Source: Azolla caroliniana (lineage: Eukaryota; Plantae; Polypodiophyta). Taken from it: DNA of 64,000 nt. The notes below the pieces were generated by a model. The model did no database searches and was not told the origin of the DNA. It was given only the letters and a program-made list of their open reading frames with translations. Location: positions 22,878,001 to 22,942,000 of the forward strand of contig JBHGNT010000003.1 of the NCBI GenBank assembly GCA_043228905.1. The letters are read 5' to 3'. A program made the translations under genes and the position numbers. Positions 38,213 to 51,399 of the stretch are shown here, piece by piece. The first letter of the stretch is position 1; each line of letters starts with the position of its first letter.

Positions 38213-39870
38213 ACGGCTTCCAAACCGAAAGCCATTCGAAAGGGCGTGGATCTTTTGCTTGTCTTCAATGTGGTGCGGTAGACCCATAGTGCATGGTGTA
38301 GTTTATCATCCCAATCCATCCGATGCTCGTTCACGATTTTCTTGAGAATCGTCTGCATGGTCTTATTTGTAGACTCATCCAGTCTAGTGGCTTGGGGGTA
38401 GTAGGGTGTGCTCTTCTTATGCACCACAATGTAATGGGAGGTTAACTCGCGGATAAGACGGTTGAAAAAGTGCCCCCCTTGGTCGCTCACGAGCTCGATT
38501 GGGTAGCTGAATTGACACCACAAGTATTCATACACAAATTTTGTTGTCGACACGTCCATGTTGCGTAATGCTTTCGCTTCGACCCATTTCGTGTAGTAAT
38601 CGGTAGCCATGATTATATATTTGTTGCTTGTTCGGGTTGCAGGTGGTTTAAATGGCCCTACGGAATCCAATCCCCATTTCTGAAAGGGTTCTAAAGGAAG
38701 GATCGAGACGACTGAGGTAGTTCGTGACTGCATGTTGTACTCTTGGTCGATGTTGGATATCAAAGTCAAATTCCTGTAGAAGGAGCATCCACTGTGCTAA
38801 CCGACCGGTTAATGCCTGCTTGTCGACGATGAATAGAAGCGTCGAATGATCAATGTGAAAAGGGAATTTTCGGCCGAGTAGGTAATGGCGAAATTTAGTG
38901 ATGCTATAAATCATGTCAAGTGCTTCTCATTCCGTGGTGGGGTAGTTCTTTTTGGCCGTGGAGAGCCGTCGGCTAGTGTAATAGACAGGACGATACAAGT
39001 TCGGAGGTGTTTTCTGCATCAATGCGCTTCTGATGGCTATGTCGGAAGCATCCACAAACACGTGGAATAGCTGCGACCAATGCGACGGTTGCACGACTGG
39101 GGCGTGGGAGAGCATCACCTTGAGGGATATATAAGCTTCGTCCTACGGGTCCGTCCATCGGAATGGAATCGTATGTACCGTGGCATGCAGAGGTGTTACG
39201 AAGTCGGCCAAGTAGCTAACATGCGACAATGCCACTGAATCTATCCCAAGAATTGGCTAAGAGCTTTTGCCGTGGTTGGAGCTGGGGCATTTAGTATAGC
39301 GTGCACCTTGTCGGGATCCATGGCTATATTGTCGCAACTAACAATGTGATTGAGCAAGGCGCCGCTAGTTACGTAGAAAGCACATTTGGTCGGGTTTAAG
39401 CTAAGCCATGCGTGTCGGCATTGTTGAAGGCACACATGTAGATGTTCGAAGTGATTGATTTGTTGCCCGTACACGACAAAATCATCGAGGAAGACTTGCA
39501 TGAATGCTGGAATATATTCCTCGAAAATTTCGGCGATTATGTGTTGGAAAGTGACGGGTGCCGTTTTCAAGTCGAACATCATTACAACTGCGACAAACAC
39601 ACCCCATTCGGTCACGAAAGCCATCTTCTCTTGGTTGTTAGGATGCATTCAGATATGATTGTAGCCATTGAATCCATATAGAAAGCTATGGCAATTATGG
39701 CCTATGACCACGTCCAAGACGCCGTTCGTGAATGGAAGTGGAAATGCATTTGTGATAGTGGCTGCGTTTAGTTTATGGTAGTGGACGCACACTCGGATTT
39801 GCCCGTTCTTTTTCGGCACGACCACAATATGGCTTAACTAGGTTTCCCTCTTGACAGGCCGAATGAACCC

Positions 39871-42800
39871 TGTCAGACACAGTACTCGGCCACAACCGAG
39901 GAATAGGATCAACTCACAGAAAACAGGAAATACAAAATGCACGAAGACAATAGGGAGAAGAGTACACATGACGTTTTACGTGGAAAACCCTAAATGGGAA
40001 AAACCACGGGAGTCCTCAAACTCCAACTATCACTATAGACAGAGATGTACAATGGTGAAGCTACAAGACAACAACCTTGAGCTCACTGTCTTCGCCACAG
40101 GCGGCGGTATTACACAGAGGCAACGACCTCTTCGTCTTTCTCTCTCTCTCTCTCTCTCTCGGCTGCTCACTTAGCTCCCTCTAAATGGAAAACCAGAAAA
40201 ATGAGTAACAACAACTAAACTGTTTGCCCTAAGTCATATTTATACACATATGACTTTCGGGCTATTTACAAATATAGCCTCAAGGGCCCTTGGCAAACAT
40301 ATTCACAAATATGTCCCCGCATCCGGATCTCTCTCCGGGTACATTCGTCATCCGGCTCCGTAGCCGGGGTCTTCATCATCCGGCTCCGTAGCCGGGTACT
40401 CCTCATTCGGGTCTTCATTCCCGATTCCCGGACATCCGACCATCCCATCCGGAGGGACCGTAATCCCAACAAACTCCCCCTTCACTTCGGCATGGGATGT
40501 CTTTCCAGTCCGACTCTCTTCCGGCACGCTTCCATCTTGTCGGGTGTGAGCACTTTGGTCAGCATATCTGACCCGTTCTCGTCCGTGTGGATCTTCGTCA
40601 GCACGAACTCCTGGTCTTCTATCCTTTCCCGGATCCAGTGATATCTTCGCTGGATGTGCTTCGTCCGGGAGTGATAGGCCGCGTTCTTCGCAAGGTGGAT
40701 GGCACTCTGACTGTCGCAGTAGAGTCGGTACTCCTCCTGCTGGATACCGAGCTCTCTAATGAAGTCCTTCATCCATATTATTTCCTTGCCGGCTTCAACA
40801 GCCGCCATGTACTCCGCCTCCGTGGTTGACAACGCAACCGTCTTCTGCAGCCTCGACTGCCACGAAACAGCTCCCCCTGCATACGTCATCACATACCCTG
40901 ATGTGGACCGGCTGGTATCTGCATCAGCCGACATATCCGAATCGGTAAAGCCGTCGAGTTCGGGCTTACCGGAGCTGAATCGGAGGCACACGTTTGCCGT
41001 GCCCTTCAGGTATCGGAGTATCCACTTGGCCGCGTTCCAATGCTCTTTGCCGGGATTGCTCATGTACCGGCTTACCACTCCGACTGCATATCCTATGTCC
41101 GGTCTTGTACACACCATTGCGTACATCAAGCTTCCGACGGCAGAGGCATATGGTACTTTCATCATGTCCTCCTTCTCAGCCTTTGTCTTGGGGCTTTGCT
41201 TGCTGGACAACTTGCAGTTTGCCGGGAGGGTTGACCCGACCGGTCTTGCTTCCGACATGTTGAACCGGTGAAGCACCTTTGTCACGTACTTCTCCTGTGA
41301 CAGCCACAACTGCTTCTTCTTCCGGTCCCGGATGATGTGCATCCCTAGTATTTGCCTCGCCGGACCCAGGTCCTTCATTGAGAAGGTTCGGTGAAGCGCT
41401 TTCTTCAGCATCCGTATCTTGACCTTGTCCCGTCCGACGATCAATATGTCGTCCACGTACAGGAGGAGTATTAGAAAGTCTCCTCCATCGAACTTCTTCA
41501 CAAACACGCAGTGATCGGACTGCGTTTTGTGGTACCCTTCGTCGGTCATGAAAGAGTCGAACTTCCGGTACCATTGCCGGGGAGCCTGCTTCAGTCCGTA
41601 CAGGCTCTTCTTCAACCGGCATACCAGGTGCTCCTTCCCTTTCTTCTCGAATCCTTCCGGTTGCTGCATGTAGATCTCTTCTTCGAGGTCACCGTGAAGG
41701 AATGCCGTCTTCACGTCCATCTGTTCTACCTCGAGGTCCATGCTTGCCGTTATGCTCAGCACCGTCCGGATGGAGGTCATCTTCACTACCGGGGCAAATA
41801 TCTCGTCGAAGTCGACGCCCTTCTTCTGTTGGAACCCCTTCACCACGATCCTGGCTTTGTATCTCGGGGGGTTTCCGGCATCTCCCGGTTTCAGCTTGAA
41901 CACCCACTTGTTACGAAGTGCCCGCTTTCCTTTCGGCAACTCCACAAGTTCATATGTGTGGTTCTCATGCAGGGAATCCATCTCCTCCTGCATGGCACTT
42001 AGCCACCTGCGGCTATGGGTGTCAAGCTTTGCTTCTTCAAAACTCTCCGGCTCCCCCTCGTCGGTTAGCAGCACGTGCTCTGGTTCCGGAAATCTCCGGG
42101 GGGCCTCTTCATCCGAATCCATTTCGGGATCGGGGCCGGTTCCGGTATCAGTTTCATCTTCCTCGGCCGGTTCTGTTTCTTCACCGTCTTCGGCCGGATC
42201 CTCGAGTGCTAACCGGTCCCTTGCCGGTCGGGACTGCTCTTCGTAGAGTTGATCCTCACCGGTCGACTTGGAGCTCTTCATCTTCTTCTCCGACTCCCAG
42301 TCGGCGAGTGTCTTGTCCTCCATGAAGATGATATCGCGACTCCGGAATATCTTTTTGTCGACTGGGTCCCATACTCGGTAGCCGAACTTGTCATCGCCGT
42401 AACCGAGGAATATGCATGGCCGGGTCTTTGGATCTAGCTTTCCTCTCCGGTCCTTTGCCACATGCACATATGCGAGACACCCGAACACCTTCAGATGCCG
42501 GTAGGATACTTCACTACCGGTCCACACTCTCTGCGGCGTGTCTCCGTCCAAAGGTACTGAGGGTGATCTGTTTATCACGTATGTCGCCGTCGACATTGCC
42601 TCAGCCCAAAACCCCTTGGGTAATTTCGCATGCGCCAGCATACTCCGGACCCTCTCCATTATGGTCCGGTTCATCCTCTCGGCCAGCCCGTTCAGTTCCG
42701 GCGTCTTCGGCACAGTAAACTCAAGCCGGATTCCCATCGAACGGCAATACTCCTCGAATTGCCCTCGGTATTCTCCTCCGTTATCCGCTCGTATCGCTTT

Positions 42801-45127
42801 CAGCTTCTTGCCGGATTCCCTTTCCACTCTCGCGTGGAGTTCTTTGAAGACGCACAACACTTGGTCCTTTGTCTTCAACGGTGCCGTCCACAGCTTCCGG
42901 CTGTGGTCATCTATGAATGTTACGAAATACTGGGCTCCGCCATGTGACTTCGTTTCTACCTGACACACATCAGTGTGTACCAACTCCAATGGTACACTGC
43001 GTCTCATCGATGGTCTTGAGCGGAAGGAGGTCCGGTTTTGCTTACCGGCCAGACAGTCGGTACACTTCCCCAGGTGTACGTGCTTTACCGGTATCAGGTT
43101 GTCTTCTGCAAGCCTCTTCATCCCCTTCTCGCTCATGTGGAACAGTCTCTTGTGCCACAGCTCACCGGCAGTGTCAGCTGCCACGTTCAGCTCCTCCGGA
43201 CATAGCCGGGAATTCATCAGGTACAGTGTGTTGACCTTCCGGGCCCGAGCCACTATCAGGCTCCCTTTGCTGAACTTCATGACACCGTTCCGGATGCTAC
43301 CCGTGTAGCCTTCATCGTCTAGCCTCCCGGCCGAAATCAGGTTCAATCGAACCTCCGGAACGTGTCAGACATCCTTCAGCAGCATCTTGCATCCGGTTGA
43401 TGTCATCAGCCACACGTCTCCTATGCCGGCAATCCGGCATGTGCCTTCATTTCCCATCCGGACACAGCCGTGCTCACCGGCTGTGTAGGATGAGAAGTAT
43501 TTCTTCTCCGGGGTCAGGTGGAACGACACTCCGGAATCGACCACCCAGGTCATCTCTTCACCGGCAAGGTTCAGCTCCCTCTCTTCGGTAATGAGCATTA
43601 TCTCTTCTTCACTTGCCGCGAGTGCCGTCGTTCCTTTCCGGTCGTGCCCTCGCCGATCCGGACCTCTCCGGTCCGTGGCTCCCCGGTATGCACCGTTTCG
43701 CTCCGGTGACTTCTTCGAATCGGTACCGTCGGTTCCGTTGTCTTTCCGGAAATGCCGACAGTTCTTCTGGAAGTGCCCCGACTTCCCACAGTAGAAGCAT
43801 GTAGGTCTTCCCCTTGACTGCGACCGTGTCCCCGACTTCTCCCGTCTTTGCGGACTCCGGTTCCGTTGTCTTCCCCGTTCCGATTCGGTAAGCAGCGCCT
43901 TCGAGTCGGAGGCCGGTTCTTTATCTCTCCGACGCGCTTCTTCATTTAGAATACTTGTCTTTACCGTTAGTAAAGACAAGTTCTCTTCCTTACAGGAGGT
44001 GCTGAGAGTAACTACCAAGTTCTCCCAGCTCTCCGGAAGGGTACACATCAGCATGATGGCTTGCATTGCGTCATCCAACGGGAACTTGATCGCCGCAAGC
44101 TGGTTCACGAGTCCCATGAACGTGCTGACGTGTTCGACCATGCTCTCGCCGTCCCGGTACTTAAGATTCACTATCTTCCTCATCAGGGAGGTCCGGGTCA
44201 GAGCATTCTTCCTCTCATAAAGTCCGGACAACTTCTGCCACATCTCATAGGCGTTCGTATCGTTCGCCACATGTTGCAGAACACTTACATCGACGTATTG
44301 CCGGATCGTCGCTACGGCTTTCCGGTTCAGGAGCTTCCACTCCGACTCTATTACCCCCTTGGGTATCTCGGCATTGTCGATCGGTTCGTACAGGTCTCGG
44401 ACGATGAGAAGGTCTTCCATCTTTATCTTCCAGTCGGCGTAGTTCTGTGAGTTCAACACCATCATGCCCGGAGGCCCACTACCGCCGCCTTCCATTTTCT
44501 GTGTTAACCTTGCTCTGATACCACTTTGTCAGACACAGTACTCGGCCACAACCGAGGAATAGGATCAACTCACAGAAAACAGGAAATACAAAATGCACGA
44601 AGACAATAGGGAGAAGAGTACACAGGATGTTTTACGTGGAAAACCCTAAATGGGAAAAACCACGGGAGTCCTCAAACTCCAACTATCACTATAGACAGAG
44701 ATGTACAATGGTGAAGCTACAAGACAACAACCTTGAGCTCACTGTCTTCGCCACAGGCGGCGGTATTACACAGAGGCAACGACCTCTTCGTCTTTCTCTC
44801 TCTCTCTCTCTCTCTCGGCTGCTCACTTAGCTCCCTCTAAGTGGAAAACCAGAAAAATGAGTAACAACAACTAAACTGTTTGCCCTAAGTCATATTTATA
44901 CACATATGACTTTCGGGCTATTTACAAATATAGCCTCAAGGGCCCTTGGCAAACATATTCACAAATATGTCCCCGCATCCGGATCTCTCTCCGGGTACAT
45001 TCGTCATCCGGCTCCGTAGCCGGGGTCTTCATCATCCGGCTCCGTAGCCGGGTACTCCTCATTCGGGTCTTCATTCCCGATTCCCGGACATCCGACCATC
45101 CCATCCGGAGGGACCGTAATCCCAACA
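39871..45127 (-). mobile_element. Young full-length Ty1/Copia (Tnt1/Tork-like) with a 5-bp TSD
   Basis: 601-bp LTRs at 39871-40471 and 44527-45127 (about 3 differences by eye). TSD aaccc at 39866-39870 and 45128-45132. PBS TGGTATCAGAGCA (tRNA-iMet) at 44511-44523, PPT agggggagtt at 40472-40481. Confidence 0.98.
40482..44495 (-). pseudogene. Copia gag-pol polyprotein (about 1337 codons) with a single in-frame TGA at 43365-43367
   Basis: ORFs 43365-44495 and 40482-43346 share a frame, linked as KDV*HVPEVRLNLIS. Domains: knuckle CFYCGKSGHFQKNC, protease VVDSG, LWHKRL, integrase IRADNGGEY, RT LLLYVDD, RNase H TDSD..STTEAEY. Confidence 0.95.
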
Positions 45128-46734
45128 AACCCATCCGTAGGAGTTTGTCAATTTCCTCTTTTATTTTTGCCGCATAATTCAGGTTCATTCGGTATTGACA
45201 TTGTTGTACCTGTTGTTCATCCTTTTGGAGGTTGATCTGGTGCTGGTAGTATTGGGGATCTAACCCCTTCATGTCATTGTATGACCAAGATAACACATCC
45301 TGGTATTTGGTCAGCAACCCCAATAGAGCTAATTGTTCTTCGGGCGCCAGATCCTTTGCAATTTTAAGTGTTCGAGGCTCGGTAGAAGAACCTAGATTAA
45401 CTTCCTCTAGTGTTGAGGCCTTGACCCACCGAGAGATTACTAATTCACGATCGAGCGGGTTACGGGCATGCTGTAGCTCCTTGACAGATTTTGGGTCTAG
45501 TTCGCATGGAGGTTCCTGCCCGGCTGTGCTGGTTTCGGCTAGGTATGTGTCTACAGTCGTGAGAACGTAGATTTCGAAGAGGGGGACGATCGTGGGGTGC
45601 TCATCCAAAAAGGATTCCATCTCGTCATCCACGAGACCGTTGAGCATATGGACTCCTTCAGCATACAACGGGCTATTGTCAGGAGGCATCGTGATTCGCT
45701 CTTCCGTGACGACCCGAACTTTGGTTTTCCCCCGGCGGAAAGAGATCATGTTGCGCTACCAATGTTGCTTAATACTAGCTTTTCGCAACCATGGACGTCC
45801 AAGAAACAATGGATAAGCACCCAGAGCATTGAGCCGTTGTACCACCGTGGACATGGTGAAGGTATGCCCTCCGAGGATAAAATCAAGATTGCGGATTAGC
45901 CCTATTGGACGAACCGATCGCGTAACCGCCATTCAAAGCCAAAACGGACATGGCTCCCATTGAGTGATGCCCAGGTCATGACATGTTGCCTCACTGATAA
46001 CATTAACGCCTGATCCACTGTCGATAATGCACCCATGGACATCACGGCCTTTTATGACAAGTTTTACCGTTAAATTCTGGGAATCCATTAGTGGAAGTCC
46101 GGGTTCCCACGCCATGAGATGTTAGGGAAGGGTAGTGCGCGCGTGACCGGTGGTGAAAGATTGGATTGTGTCCTTGAAGCGTGGAAGCATCCGCATCAGT
46201 TTATGCAAGGGCATGGAGTTTTGGCAGCTAGTGAAATTGTAAGTTTGTTCAATAGGAGGAGGGGGTTGCGATGGACTGGGACCAATCTCTTGCATTTCGG
46301 TGTGCATCCGATCAATGTTCATTTGATTTGTCGCTATCATCCATTTCTTAGTGGTTTGGCAGACCTTATCCTGAATCTCCCATTGCAATTGTTGGGCTTG
46401 ACTTTGGGTGGTAACCTGGTGGACATCGGCCGTAATCATGTTCACGGCCGATGCTTTACCTCGATTGTTGGTTGGTCATTGAGTGACGTAGTGGGTTGGT
46501 TGATTACAGTTGAAGCATGTTATTGTGGCTGAGTTACTAGGCTCTCCCTGCTTGAATTGAGATTGTGCTATGTGTCGTGGTTGATCGTCTCAGGCTGGTT
46601 GGGAATAGGATTGCGAAAGGTTTTCACGAGGCTCGGATTGGGGAGGTCGCTGATGATCGGTGCGCGGAGGGTCTCAACGACGGTTGTTGAAGTGTCGTCG
46701 ATTATTCCCTGAAGGTCGGAAGCCGCGATTATGA

Positions 46735-47215
46735 TGTGGGGGGCCGTCGATCGTGCCATGGATACCAGGGTTTGTAATAGTCTCCTTGATTGTAGTCATC
46801 ACGGTAATCAGGGTCCTCCAGATAATAGTGCTCGTCGCGATAACACAAATGATCATCTGCGTGGCGTGGCCGATTATGATAGTATGGTGGTTTTAGTCGG
46901 TAGTGGGGATCCTGGACATAGCGATCCGGTTCAGGGTGGTAGCCATCATTGAGGTGAAGCTGATCATCCTCCCAGGGTCGTCGATCGTGCCCTGGATATC
47001 GGGGTTCGTAATAGTCTCCTCGATCGTAGTCATCACGGTAGTAGGGGTCCTCCGGATAATAGTGCTCGTCGCGATAACGCAAACGATCATCCGCGTGGCG
47101 TGGCCGATTATGATAGTATGTGACTCCGGTCAGTAGTGGTGATCTTGGAGATAATGATCCGGTTCAGGGTGGTAGCCATCATTGCGGTGAAGCTGATCAT
47201 CCTCCTAGGGCCGTT
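46735..47215 (-). repeat. Tandem repeat of about 234 bp (78 codons) between gag and protease of the host Gypsy
   Basis: gataatagtgctcgtcgcgataac occurs at 46821 and 47055, and gatccggttcagggtggtagccatcatt at 46923 and 47156. One frame reads as D/Y/H/P/R-rich repeats. Confidence 0.85.
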
Positions 47216-48543
47216 CAACGTCTCTCTTCCGTAGTGGTGGTTGTTCATGTTGTTTCGAGCGATCGGGGTGTGGCTCGATTTGGCATACTAGAGCTGAGTT
47301 AGTGTAGTGTTGTACTCACATTGCTCAACCGTATGTACTCTAGAATGGCAGATGGGACAGTGTGGTCATAGAGGGCAATCGATAGCCGAGTGACCGGACT
47401 TGGCACAAGTCGTGCATTGTAGTGCTTGCCGAAACTCAGTTTCCTTGGTTGTTGGCAAGGCGGTTTGGAGCATGCCCATGGACAAAGAATTGTTATAATG
47501 AGCCCTATCTAAAGAGATATCACGAGCAACCACTTGCTCGAATGTGTGTTGTGGAAAATCCGTAAGGACCAACGTCGTGATCAGCGGCTCTCGGAGTCCG
47601 GCACAGAACATATCTTTTAAATGATTTGCTGACACGTCCTCTGCGAGTGGCCGGTAAAGGTCTTGAAATCGGAGGGTAAACTAGGAAATTGTTTCCTTGG
47701 GTCCCTGGGCAATGGGATAGAACTGGTGGAGTAGTTCACACTTAAGGATCTCCCGGTGGAATAACTCCAGAATTTGGCTGCGGACATCTTGGAATGTGGA
47801 AAACTCCCCTAGATCGTGGCGAGAATCTAGAGAAAGGGTAAATTCCGCGATTTTGGAGGCATCCACCTCCTTAGCGGTGAGGTGCTGCGTAGAATGGTTG
47901 GCTTGCCACGTGGAGAGAAAAGAGCGGATGTGGGATTCCGCGTAAGAACCATCCGTGTTGCGGGTATAGAAGTGGTACGACATTGTGTCGAAATCTGGGT
48001 CTTTCGGCAGGGCTGAGAAGGGGTTGAACTCGGATTGTTGACAAACCGTCGGGGGGCTTGGAGGAGTGGCGAGTTCGGGGCCGGTATGTGATTGTGTATC
48101 GGGGATGATTGGTGAGGGGTGTGATTCTAGGGTTTCTCGTGATGAGTGCTGAGTGATCGTGGAGTTCGCGGTATCCTCAGCTTGCTCGGCGCGACGGGAT
48201 GGGAGCCGAGCGCAGGTAAGACGGTTGGGTGCCGTAATGGCGGCTGGGGCTATCCATGACGTTTGTTCGCTGTGATGCACAACGTGAACTGGGCGTGCCA
48301 AATTGTGTTGTCTCCTTCTCAGAAGCAACACCTTCGATTTAACCTTATGGTAATCGGCTCAAGGACTATGGTACGTGGTGGAGATCAGGGGAAGGAAGAT
48401 TGCTCGACAATCCGATTTCTTACCGAGAAAAGATCAAAGTTGGTTAGTCGTAAAACCCGATCGTAATCCAAGAAGTTATTAAATTTAGACATGCACTTAA
48501 GACACTGACCATATTTGACCCAAAACTAGATGTTTATTATCTG

Positions 48544-48920
48544 ACCCAATGTCATCATGTTCATGATCATGATAAGAAGGTGATGATACTACCTAATCTT
48601 GACCCCAACCCTAACCCTAACGCTAACCCTAATTGTAATCCTAATACTAATCCTAATCCGAATCCGAATCATGATAAGTGCATACACCCCTTATTGGATA
48701 TTCATAATCCTAATAGCACTCTATGTAAAAGGCTAAAGCTCATCTAACTTGAAGATCATCCTGCACTTAATCTCAACATGCAAGTTATGCTTACTCATGA
48801 CAATGATAATGATGATGATAATAACACTCTTACTAATCATCATCATCATCATCATCATCATAACAATAGGATTTACAATGATAACAATCAGCTAGTTGGC
48901 CCAGTTAATTATGTAGCAAC
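48544..48920 (+). pseudogene. Duplicated fragment of LBD exon 2 (equivalent to 12184-12562), lacking the LOB domain
   Basis: Aligns to the PN-repeat and poly-His region. CAA>TAA stop at about 48745. Joined to sequence homologous to 15354 onward. Confidence 0.93.
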
Positions 48921-49226
48921 TCTTAATTATGTAACATTGCTATTAGATCTCTCTCTCTCTCTCTCTCTACAATGGTAATTGAAGTGATTAACATAGGATT
49001 AGGGTTAACTACACTCGATTAATACAACAAACACTAGATTAAGACCTAAAAGCACATGGTTATAGAAAAAATACCTTTGTATATTAGGGTTCACCACATA
49101 GTTCCTCGAATACAAAGTTTTTTTACAAAATGACCATTTAGGGTATTTTTACAACAAGTTAACGAAAACGATATTCTTGAGCTTTGGTGAGGATCCAAGT
49201 TTAGTGGTGTCACCAAGGCGTCTCAC

Positions 49227-51399
49227 TGTCATGATATGGCAAGACTCAAGCCCATGACCTTATTTTATATGGGTCAAGCTCTTGACCATTATACCATCTA
49301 TTGTAATACCTAAGATATTATTTTCATTTAAGTTTTATTATAGGAAATTAATGTATATTCCAAATTTATCCGCTTCAGGATTACTCCTGAGAACACTATA
49401 AAAGAAGGCACTAGGCATTATTTTGAACCAAATTGGTTCAACACCAGTCTTAAGCCTCATAGCCATCTTGTACTTACTCTTCATATAATATATCATATGT
49501 TATCATCATCTCTCTCTCTCTCTCTGGTCCTCACTATCCCTCTCCCTCTCTCTCTCCCTCTCTCCCTCTCTCTCCTCTTCTCTTTCGTCTTTCTCAGGAG
49601 TCTTACGCAGTCTCATCCGCTTAGTACTAATAGTACTTCCCTTCTCCAGTACTAATTCTCTCTATGTTTTAGTACTATTCCTGAAAGTTTGAACCAATTT
49701 TTTCCTCTCTAGTCTTTCTTTTGGTTTCCCTCATCCTCTTATCCTTTTTCTATACAATGGCTTTTGTTAGCGCCCAATAATACCAATCTGTTTTCTCTGA
49801 GCTACAATGTCTAAAAGAAAAATTTGTTGCCTTGGAACAAGGAAACCAACGGTTGTTAGGGGATCTTCAACAAATCGACCTAGAAAAAGAACAAACGCAA
49901 CAACAACATGGGGAGTTAGCGTTACGTGTGCAACAACTCGAAGCAGCGTTGCAACAACAAGGATCAAGTCCCCAAGGATTTCATAAAGGGCCCAAGATTG
50001 CACTTCCTATGAAATTTGATGGAACACAATCGCAATTTAGGGGACTCCTCAATCAGGTACCCTTAGTCATTTAAATGCATCCGTCTCGATACCCCATTGA
50101 TGCATCCCGAGTCGGCCTAATAGGCACGTTGCTTAGCGGCTCAACCTTGGCATGGTTTGCTCCGCTTGTAGAAAAACAATCGCCCTTACTGAATAACTTT
50201 GAAAACTTTATTAGTGAGTTTTATGCTTGCTTTGGAGATACAGACAACATCAGGACGACGATCAACAAAATCCGACGATTGCGTCAAGGCGATCGTCTAG
50301 CCTTTGCCTACGCGGCGGATTTCCGTCTACTCGCCTCAGACATCCCCTGGGATGATCAAGCACTAATGGAGCAGTTTCGCAATGGTCTGCGAAACGATGT
50401 CAAAGATCTACTTCTAACCTTTCTTGAAGAACCAAAGTCTCTTACAGAGGCAATCAGTTGAGGGGTTCGTTGCGACAACTGCTTTTTCGAACGACGTTCG
50501 GAACGTCAATTACAAATACCACACCCTAGGCGGAGCCTAGATATGCCTCTATTGCGGCTAAACTGTTTGCACGACACATATCTCAAGCAAATACTCTGCC
50601 ACTGATGGAGATCGACACCATGCGTCGACGTGGCCCATTATCAGAAGAAGAAAAGCAACGACGACGTGCAAATTGATTATGTCTTTATTGCGGTGGACCA
50701 AGGCATATCGCAATCAACTGTCCCTAGAGACCAAGAAGACAGGTAAATCAAATCGTAGCCTACACTAAACATGAGTCAATCTTTCCCTTAGGAGTGTTTG
50801 ATAGTATTAATAGTACTAATAGAGTGTCTGATAGTATTAGTAGTATTAGCCCAAGTATCTCGAACAAATTTGAAATCCTTAGTCAAATTAGATGAAGAGT
50901 TAAATGATTGAGTCCAGCCAAAATAGGAGCCGTTTTGTTGCACAACCCTACATCTATACAACCCATTAGTGGTTCCATTCCTTCCAAGCAAGTTAGCAAT
51001 GTGTTCCTTGCCCAAGTCATGGTTAGTACTAGAAGTACTCGTCCAGTACACGTCCTAGCACTTGGAACAATATCTCCGGTGTTTTTTGAGTTATCAACAG
51101 GACTGTTGGGCCGAGATTCTCCATTTTGCGGAGTTTGCATATAATAATGTTGTTCACTCCTCGACTCGGGTCTCCCCATTTTACGCTTATACAGGTTCTC
51201 ACCCTCGCTGGTCAGTGATCGACACCACGACGCTACCTACCAATCCTCGTGCCGAGGATCATTTGGAAAGGTTACGCAAGATCCAGATGGATCTCTCTAC
51301 TGATCTTCATCATGCTCAAGACACACAGAAGACTTATTCGGATCGTCATCAGCTTCCCTCCTCTTTTGCCATCGGAGATCGAGTATGGCTCTTACGTCG
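49227..51399 (+). mobile_element. Chromovirus copy C, 5' LTR 49227-49686, deleted and 3'-truncated
   Basis: Same LTR and gag. The protease start is fused to the integrase core at about 51063 (about 2.6 kb lost). Interrupts the duplicated block at the site homologous to about 15655. Confidence 0.92.

Larger units (their letters stand above)
30724..48465 (-). mobile_element. Old non-chromovirus Ty3/Gypsy (Athila/Tat-like) without recognisable LTRs, interrupted by two nested insertions
   Basis: On the minus strand: gag with knuckles CTTCAKSGHSAIDC and CPICHSRVHTVEQC (about 47320-47420), protease IIDSGSGVNVI (about 46020), RT (KEEIDKLLRMGF|IRPV.., QVFLDDF), RNase H (FHVFVDASDIAI), integrase (PFQKWGLD, ELVSDQGGHF, TPFRMAFGLEAV|M), GPY/F-like GKLRIWWTGPF..WVNGFRLKPY (about 32330-32460). 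Ends are approximate. Confidence 0.88.

Noticed and set aside
43365-43367. Programmed stop-codon readthrough in Copia
   Set aside because: The stop falls after the protease motif at a conserved Arg (KDVRHVP), so CGA>TGA decay is more parsimonious.
40587-44450. Plus-strand ORFs opposite the Copia polyprotein
   Set aside because: Antisense shadows of a GC-rich coding sequence.
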